A stretch of DNA of 64,000 nucleotides from Trichoplax sp. H2 (taxonomy: Eukaryota): the NCBI GenBank assembly GCA_003344405.1, contig NOWV01000106.1, positions 62,001 to 126,000 of the forward strand, read 5' to 3'. Positions 56,533 to 64,000 of this stretch are shown piece by piece. Within the stretch, counting starts at the first letter, position 1; each line of letters begins with the position of its first letter. The notes under the pieces are model-generated. The model was not told the origin of the DNA, searched no databases, and saw only the letters and a list, made by a program, of their open reading frames with translations. A program made the translations under genes and the position numbers.

Positions 56533-57632
56533 AAATGGTTCCCGTTGTAATATAATAATATATATAAACGAATAATTCAATATTACTGTATTAAATTAAA
56601 TGAAGTCAATAAAAAACCTTTTAATGATAATTTAGATTATATGGCTTCCTGAAGTCAATACAGAGTTCCCTATGCTGCATAGCAATCTATCGATCATCAA
56701 TATACCCCGCATACGCGTATATCACGATAAAGATACTGTACCAGCTTCTACTTTATGATATATTTCTAAGCAACTAGTTACATTACCGTAGTACGACGGA
56801 GTAATAGGGTGCAGACAATATGATGCTCTACTAGTCCTATCCATTATAAATTTAGCAAATCGCGGTATCGTTATTATACGTACGTGTCGTATGCATGCTA
56901 AATTAATCAAATTTAGAATTGATCCGTACTGCATAATAATAGCATACACGTCTATCATACTGCATTGTTAGTACATATTAGCGCCATAAACGTTCAATTG
57001 AAGTGAAATAATATTTAAAAATTGAATCAGCTCATAAATATCTGCTATAGTAACAGATCTTCCCTGGATGTACGTGAACAGACTAATAATAATATTAAAT
57101 TACTATCTATAAACTTGGCTTACGTTGTCACTTGCAATTCTTCGACTATGATTTTATTATTCTGGTTCACAACCGATATTAATCTATGATATAGTTTATT
57201 GATAATATCAGTTTTAGCCTTCGTTTCGATACAATCAGCTATGTAGTATTTTTATAATAATAGGTTACGGTTCTTGCTATCACCTCCAGGGATGACGGCG
57301 AGGTACTGTCTAGGAGTATAGTTTTACTATCTGTAGAGTGGTTGTACTGTTAAACTTATTTAATATTTAGCAAAACATTTAATCAGTAGATTTGAATTAA
57401 CGTCATGTTTTGAACGCTGTGTTTACTTAACAGCGCCTCATAATTTGAGGGGGGCTAGCTCACATTTATTACACTGAAGAACCATTTTCAGTCACGCTTT
57501 TCTTAGTTGCCCAGGCTCAACGGATACAACTGTACGATCGAGCTACAACTACTGATATTTAGAATCACTGCTGTGTTTATACAGTACCATATACTGTAAA
57601 TCATGGCTGTTTATTTAGCTATTAAAATCTAA

Positions 57633-57676
57633 TCTATACCGTATAGTATATATATATATATATATATACCGTATAC
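57633..57676. repeat. (TA)n microsatellite flanked by direct TATACCGTATA repeats
   Basis: CTATACCGTATAG-(TA)n-TATACCGTATAC. Confidence 0.8.
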
Positions 57677-57764
57677 ATGATTTATCTGAAGCTTTTCCTA
57701 TTAAATTTAGATTTAGTGATCTTTTCGGGCATCATGTACCGCCGTAGTTTTTGCAGCAGCTGAA

Positions 57765-58359
57765 CGGTACTACACGATATAAATAGTGAGCATATTAACG
57801 AAGATCTGCCGGGTGAGCATTCGATAGGTTCTGTTATATAAAACAAAGTGTGCATATTCGGGCCATTCGAATCCCGGAATAAGTGCAGTCTATAGTAAGG
57901 TAAGTAATGGCGGGGTTCTTGTTACTGTGTAAGCTATAGATATACTATACTGTTCACTGTTTAATTACGGTACTACACGATATAAATAGTGAGTATGTTA
58001 ACGAAGATCTGCCGGGTGAGCATTCGATAGCTTCTGTTATATAAAACAAAGTGTGCATATTCGAATCCCGGAATTAGTGCTGTCTATAGTAAGGTAAGTA
58101 ATAAGAGGGTTCTTGTTGTTACTGCGTAAGCTATAGATATACTATACTGTTCACTGTTTAATTATGGTACTACACGATATAAATAGTGAGTATGTTAACG
58201 AAGATCTGCCGGGTGAGCATTCGATAGCTTCTGTTATATAAAACAAAGTGTGCATATTCGAATCCCGGAATTAGTGCTGTCGATATTAAGGTAAGTAATA
58301 AGAGGATTCTTGTTGTTACTGTGTAAGCTATAGATATAGTATACTATTCACTGTTTAAT
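57765..58359. repeat. Three-copy ~200-bp tandem repeat
   Basis: Units start at 57765, 57968 and 58165: GGTACTACACGATATAAATAGTGAG...GATCTGCCGGGTGAGCATTCGATAG...ATTCGAATCCCGGAAT...AAGGTAAGTAAT...CACTGTTTAAT. Confidence 0.95.
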
Positions 58360-59474
58360 AGATGACACTATACTCGATATTACTAATGTTCAATGATCGT
58401 AAAAATGAGAGTACTATTAGTATAACGGTATGCGTAGCAGCGACTCTTATATACTGTATATCATGGTAACCTAGTGACCAAAAAACTATCAATGAAGAAC
58501 AATGAATTCTTTTGGGGTAGTAAAACAATTTGAGTCCATGAACTAGTAAAAGTTTATTTGCATAGTATGAAATGTGTGCTTTAGCTACAGTACCCATTGA
58601 TATCCCTTTCTCAATCGATGGATGGACACTGACTAATTGTAGGGCCTATATGGATGCGTTGCTGTCATAATCAACAGTACTACAGTGTAGAATACTTTAG
58701 AAACTCCTGGACAAGTTTATGGAAAGGACGAACGTCAAAAGGTAAAATTTGTAGCAAAAAGTGATATATTAATCTGATATTGTCTGTTTTTAAGCTTTCT
58801 GAACATAGGACCCAAAATGCGTACGATAGCTGTTTCATTTTTTAATTTTTTAAACTTTGAATTGATCAAATTAATACATGTCAAAAGAAAACGAAAACGA
58901 TGGTAGCAACAAGTTGTTAAGCTGGCAAATACTGTTCACGTAGTAGTTATATGCTATCCATGATACGAGATAGGTAGTTATAGGCAGGTAGAATCTATAT
59001 TTTTACTTAGAATTGGAAAGTTTATGACTTTCTTCACCACGTTATAGCTAGGTGTGATGGATAATTAATAGACGATTGCATTATACCAGTAATATCAGTT
59101 GCTTGTTGATGAGGCTATTTTTAACATAAGCGAGGGTTCTCGCTCGTCAGTTTCTCATGTAACGTGCTTAATCGATAAAGTGATATCTTAAAAGTTACTA
59201 ATCAGATTCCGTTTTCTTAGATCGCTTGAACGTTATATTATGTATAAGAGATATAAATATGGTCGTAAAAACTTTTAGTACAGCTTTAGTAGATTGTAAA
59301 GAAAAAAGTCAAGACTAACTTAAACGTTATTAAATTCAACTTTAATAAAAGATATTAAAAGCTATCTAAATTATGATAGCTTAGCATAGAACTATATATG
59401 TGCTTCCTTCTTAATATTAACAGCTCTCCAAATACTGTAGGTGCTTGCATAGCGAAAGCTAAAAGGAAAATAAA

Positions 59475-59795
59475 ATGTCTACGCATGATTCGTATTGTAC
59501 AGTCGAGCGTAAAGCTGATGAAGATTGGTTACGTTCGCAAAAACGACATTATGGTGATCAATCAAAAAGTAATGCCTTCAAATCAGAAACTCAAAAGTTT
59601 AGAGAAGTAGAACATACGAAACAAAAGATGGATGTAGAAATGAAGAATAAGGAAAGGCGTCATTTTCAAAGTCAAAGTATGTTCAATAGTTTCTATTCCT
59701 TAATTTGCAGAAACAGTAGATTGTTCTATTGACGTTTAATTTTATTTCGATACATAACAGACAAATCCCACTTAACTTTTCTCTCTAAAAGTTGA
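59475..59795 (+). CDS. SPATA45: SPATA45-like small axonemal microtubule inner protein (~78 aa)
   Basis: Exons 59475-59676 and 59761-59795 give MSTHDSYCTVERKADEDWLRSQKRHYG...NKERRHFQSQNKSHLTFLSKS*. The two blocks resemble recalled human SPATA45 RESNCLVER..LRVQKRHF and ERKHFP. A probable upstream non-coding exon ends at 58741. Confidence 0.7.
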
Positions 59796-60237
59796 GACAA
59801 AGACGTCGAAATCCTTACTATATAATCCGTACTGTCTATTTGTGGGCTATATAAATAATACAAGTATAAATTTGATTAATCTTATTTAGCGATTTTTTAT
59901 AATAACCTATTACCCTAATTTAATTGTTATCAAGGTATAGATTAAGAACACTTAAATTGCTATGAGCTGATAACATTTTAACCTATAAGTATTGAAATGT
60001 ATCAGTAACTTTATCCTTAACAGTAAATATTTTATGGTTTGTACAGTTATGTGGTTTAATTGACAGGAGAAAATAAAACCATCTACTGCCACTTATTACT
60101 ATATTTCCGGTATTTACTTGCTATTTCATTTCAAGTATAATTTGTGTAATATATGAATACCACTTCACTCTCTGTATTTACATAAACGTAAGATTATTTA
60201 CAGTGTCATTCATTAGAGGAAGCAAAGTAGCAGTAAT

Positions 60238-63112
60238 CTAAAAATTATATATAACGTCATCACATATATTATATAGATTTGTCAATCGCGGAAAAAGCCT
60301 TAATGCATTTGCTGTTGTTGACTCCTTAACTTCATCTACGGAAATATTCTTTATTCGCGCTATCTCTTGGCATGAGATCTCTATGTTCTTCGCTTCATTT
60401 CGAATCTATTTCACATCACTCGATAAGATGTCAGTATAATGTAAAAATAGAGGCTACAGGCATTACTATATTAAGTTTTTAATTTTACTTAGATTATAGA
60501 CTGATTAGTACAATCGCACCTGCTTCTCAGGACCTAATGCTGGTGCATCAGTTTCCAATAACAAGTTACTTAACGGAATCGATCGAACCAAACGTTGTTT
60601 CTGGTTAGAATACATAGTAGACGGGTAAATTTCAATTAAGAAAACGAAGCAATTTCGCAGAAAAAAAATACAGCCCATTTATTGAAATAACTTCACTCAT
60701 GATCTTTATAAGTAGTAGTCGATTATATTTTCTATTCTTAATATATATAATTATATATGAATTATGCAGAAAAGTATCGCAGACTATTTCATACCTGTTC
60801 TGATCGAATCACTGAAGGTGGAACTGAAAAATAGAACCCAGCTTCAACTCCTTGCCTGGCAACCGATACTTTACCATCGAAAGCATGTAGTAGTACTGCA
60901 GTTGCACCTAGTTGATAATTGAAGTTAACACACTTTATTGCGGACTTACACCGGCAATATATTGACTCTAAGAAGCTATTATGATTTCTAATTTCACCTT
61001 CACTTATCAAAGTTTGGATCGTTGGTCGACCTGCTGATCTAGAATGAACGTTTCTAATACATAAAACGATTTTTATTAGTATTACACAAAATAGAACGTT
61101 GGCATTTAGCTAACTTCCATAGAAGAAGGTATCATTAAAAGTACAGTTATAGGTGTCTAAATATTATTACAAGGGTAATCCAAATTCTCTAGCTAATTGG
61201 ATTTGTTTTTTAAAAATATTTCTTTGGACTTCTTTATCATTTGAAGATTTAACGTTGTAGGGTGTAAAATCAAGGCCAACCTACAAAGAATTATATATAC
61301 GTAGTTAATTACTGGAAAAACTAAGATACTAATGCATCAAAGAGAGATACGATACAGCGTTAAAGATAGCTATCATAAGAGAGTAGTTGTAAAATATACT
61401 AACTTCACCAATCGCTACCAATATATTATGATGCTCACGTAAGAAAGTTTCAGCCATTTGGTAATCCTAACAAAAATTGATTTTTAGAGGTCGAATATAG
61501 AGTGAGTTGATACTGCTCATAGGCAGGAGATTATATTAACCACATATTGTATCTTTGACATGATATTAAGATTCTGTCTTACTTCTAAAGTGACACTCCT
61601 TGATTCAGTGTCGTGAGACCCTGGCTAAAAAATGCATATCCATATTATGATATTAAATTAACTGTTAGTAAAGCTAATATGTCACATAATGATACGCTTA
61701 GATTCAGGCTATAGACTAACATTGAGTTATTTTATATTAATGACTATATTTAGTACATACAGTATAGAATTCCCAATCATTCAATATTTGCATATCTAAA
61801 TATACTTGTTATTCAGATATATAATCAAATAATATACCTTAACTGGATGGAGTCCAAGGGCTGGAACAATAAAATTTTTATACCTTCAAATTAAAGAATT
61901 TAAGTGATTGTAATTGCAGCTTTATATCACATGTACTGTTTCAAATTAGCTATAAAGATGAGAATCAGAATTTCTAAATTCGCTATTACAGATATTCATC
62001 TTAGCTTGGATTACTTTTCGCTAAGACCAATAATTTTGTGGAAATCGTCAAATTTTTCAGCTACTGCTACCATAGCCTTAACACCAACCTGAATAATTAA
62101 TGAATCTTGATTATCGTGGTATGAAAGCAAGTAATTGCATAAGCTATTGATTAAATACTGTATTATGTATCAAGTTATTGATGGCTAGCATATTGGTTAT
62201 TTCTAGTCGAAGCATCCAGCATTGGAGCTATTCGATATCTACTCTATACCAGCTATGATACAATATCCAACTTTTAACATCTACCAGAGATACTAGAGAT
62301 ATTATGTAAATTAAGCTGGCTCCAGTTGACATTGTACTGTAAAATAGTCTCTATTCTACGCTGAAATACTCATAATATTAGTGCTAGTGTACGATAAATA
62401 TACATGTATTAAGCAAGCAGAGAGTGGGTCGATCGACTTTTAGTCATACCGTCTTGGCCTCAACGATAATTTTATCCACATCCTATATTATTTCAATTAG
62501 AATAATATAATTAGCAAATACGAATGCTCTAAGCGCTTGATATGACGTTTTATTGACGTATATACTCGTATAGAGGTTTATGTATTGACAACTTTTTACA
62601 ACAGTGATGGATGATCTGAAGTAGTAAGATCTCGTCAATATACTACATAATCATCTAGCATTACTATTGCAGTAATAAGTATCTAGTTTGTGTGAGTAAA
62701 CCTCATATTTAGTTTACAGTTTCAATTCATTTAATTAATGCGATAAATCGGTAACCAAATTGCTCATTTACTTGGCATTCTACGTTATACCGTACTATGA
62801 TGCTTTTCACTCAATAGATATTATCGCATAATCAATTCATTTATCTAATCTAACGCTATATCATTTGTATTTCTAATGAGCATAATCCATATTATTGTGT
62901 GAGCTATACATGTACTCATTATAGATAAAATTTAGGTAATAAAAGTCATATTTCAGTTTTCTCTGTGCCATCGAACCGTTTATTTTTACCAGCTAGTGTT
63001 TAATTAATTTATTAACTTGCTATCATTTAGCATTACTTATACGTATATCACTCGCCTCATTAAATTCATCATCACTGATATGGATATGGGCATCTATCAT
63101 GATTCTTTCCAT
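60238..63112 (-). CDS. TATDN3: TatD DNase domain-containing protein 3, 11 coding exons
   Basis: Exons 63056-63112 ([21 protein letters not shown] donor), 62450-62482, 62015-62088, 61838-61883 (PALGLHPV), 61583-61624, 61404-61466 (VAIGE), 61171-61280 (VGLDFTP), 60998-61053 ([12 protein letters not shown]), 60795-60907 ([15 protein letters not shown]), 60520-60600 ([14 protein letters not shown]) and 60238-60405. All TatD metal ligands are intact. Confidence 0.95.
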
Positions 63113-63670
63113 CTGAGATCAGCAAAATGTCAACAATTTTAACAGAAGTCAATCCAAGTTGTATACTATATTAAGATAATCTAGCTGTGGATTTTTTTAA
63201 TTGATGCAGATTATGTTCTATTCATTTGAACGGGTAGTTTACTAATGTAGCTATCTATAATTAAAATCAATGAACTAACTTAAAATATTCACAGCTAGAG
63301 AAGCTGCCTTAGTCTAATGGGAGCGAATAAACTGTACTTGGTGACGTGAGTAATACAGTATAATCAACCAACTAATTAGGATATTAACGAAGAGCAATTG
63401 AGGAGAGTTTTGGTCTGCAAGTTGAGCTCGACTGTTGTAGATCTACTAGATGCTGTAGGTATTACTTTGCAGTGGAGAGCACTACAGTCCGTACGATTGT
63501 GATAGACACAACTCAAGAGGTTTAATATATCCCGTAGATGAGCGTTGAGTAGATACCCCTCATAGTAGCTTACCGATGGATATTGGACATACACGTACTG
63601 TATACGCAAAAATAAAAGGTTGAAAACTCTGTCCATGCAAAATTGGAAGGAATCAGCTGTTCTAAAGCAT

Positions 63671-63925
63671 TTACGCGTATATGAAATGAGAAAGAATTAT
63701 CACTAGCAAGAAGCAATTTGGTTTCTTATAGCAGGCACAAAAGGTGCAACTGTCAGATAGCCTAATCGCCAATATCGTATAGTCGGTATACTGATCCATT
63801 TCGCCGCAGCATTCGCTTAGGATTGCATTAACTGCAGTTAAAATTGGAAGTAAATCTGTGCCGGAAAAGCTACTCGTAAATTCAGGTGTCGCTGAGAAGA
63901 ATCCCTTGTAGCTATAATATATAAT
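63671..63925 (-). CDS. Possible exon of an unidentified gene extending beyond the window
   Basis: An 85-codon frame follows an acceptor-like TGTCTCGTAG: IIYYSYKGFFSATPEFTSSFSGTDLLPILTAVNAILSECCGEMDQYTDYTILAIRLSDSCTFCACYKKPNCFLLVIILSHFIYA*. No confident family match. Confidence 0.25.
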   Translation of the reverse strand: MIYYSYKGFFSATPEFTSSFSGTDLLPILTAVNAILSECCGEMDQYTDYTILAIRLSDSCTFCACYKKPNCFLLVIILSHFIYA

Positions 63926-64000
63926 CTACGAGACAGCCAGCAAAGTAATATTGTACTATTACGGACTACGTTATTGCTATTTGGTCTCTTACCGTTGCTT

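Noticed and set aside
57449-57520. GGGGGGCTAGCTCA resembling a tRNA-Ala 5' end
   Set aside because: No D-loop GG, anticodon arm, T-loop or complementary acceptor stem follows.
57765-58359. Tandem units as tRNA genes because of ATTCGAATCCC
   Set aside because: No cloverleaf or convincing A-box could be built. Kept only as a repeat finding.

Overview
AT-rich eukaryotic genomic DNA with compact, intron-rich, animal-type genes. Gene content, short GT-AG introns and abundant (GTACA)n tracts suggest an early-branching metazoan, most plausibly a placozoan such as Trichoplax (inference). Manual splicing supports ten protein-coding genes: basigin/neuroplastin-like 2-Ig receptor (+), IST1 (-), MYDGF ending in HDEL (+), an intronless rhodopsin-class orphan GPCR (+) between two ~9-kb gene-free tracts, TMEM272-like (+), cytochrome b5 (-), DUS2 with a C-terminal dsRBD (-), an uncharacterised Lys/Ser-rich protein (+), SPATA45-like (+) and TATDN3 (-). 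The first 2.6 kb is a ~1.1-kb duplication across a 20-N gap, probably two uncollapsed haplotypes. Main observations: the tail-to-tail SPATA45/TATDN3 pair also found in human; broader linkage matching human 16q22 and 19p13.3; a GPCR lacking the Na+ pocket and D3.32 but ending in a PDZ ligand; GTACA tracts concentrated at gene 5' ends; a rearranged repeat array between IST1 and MYDGF; a triplicated TATA-like/splice-donor unit upstream of SPATA45; a strand-biased hairpin upstream of DUS2; and a GC-AG intron in TATDN3. No rRNA, tRNA, CRISPR array or autonomous transposon was recognised. Homology calls rest on recalled family sequences, not database searches.
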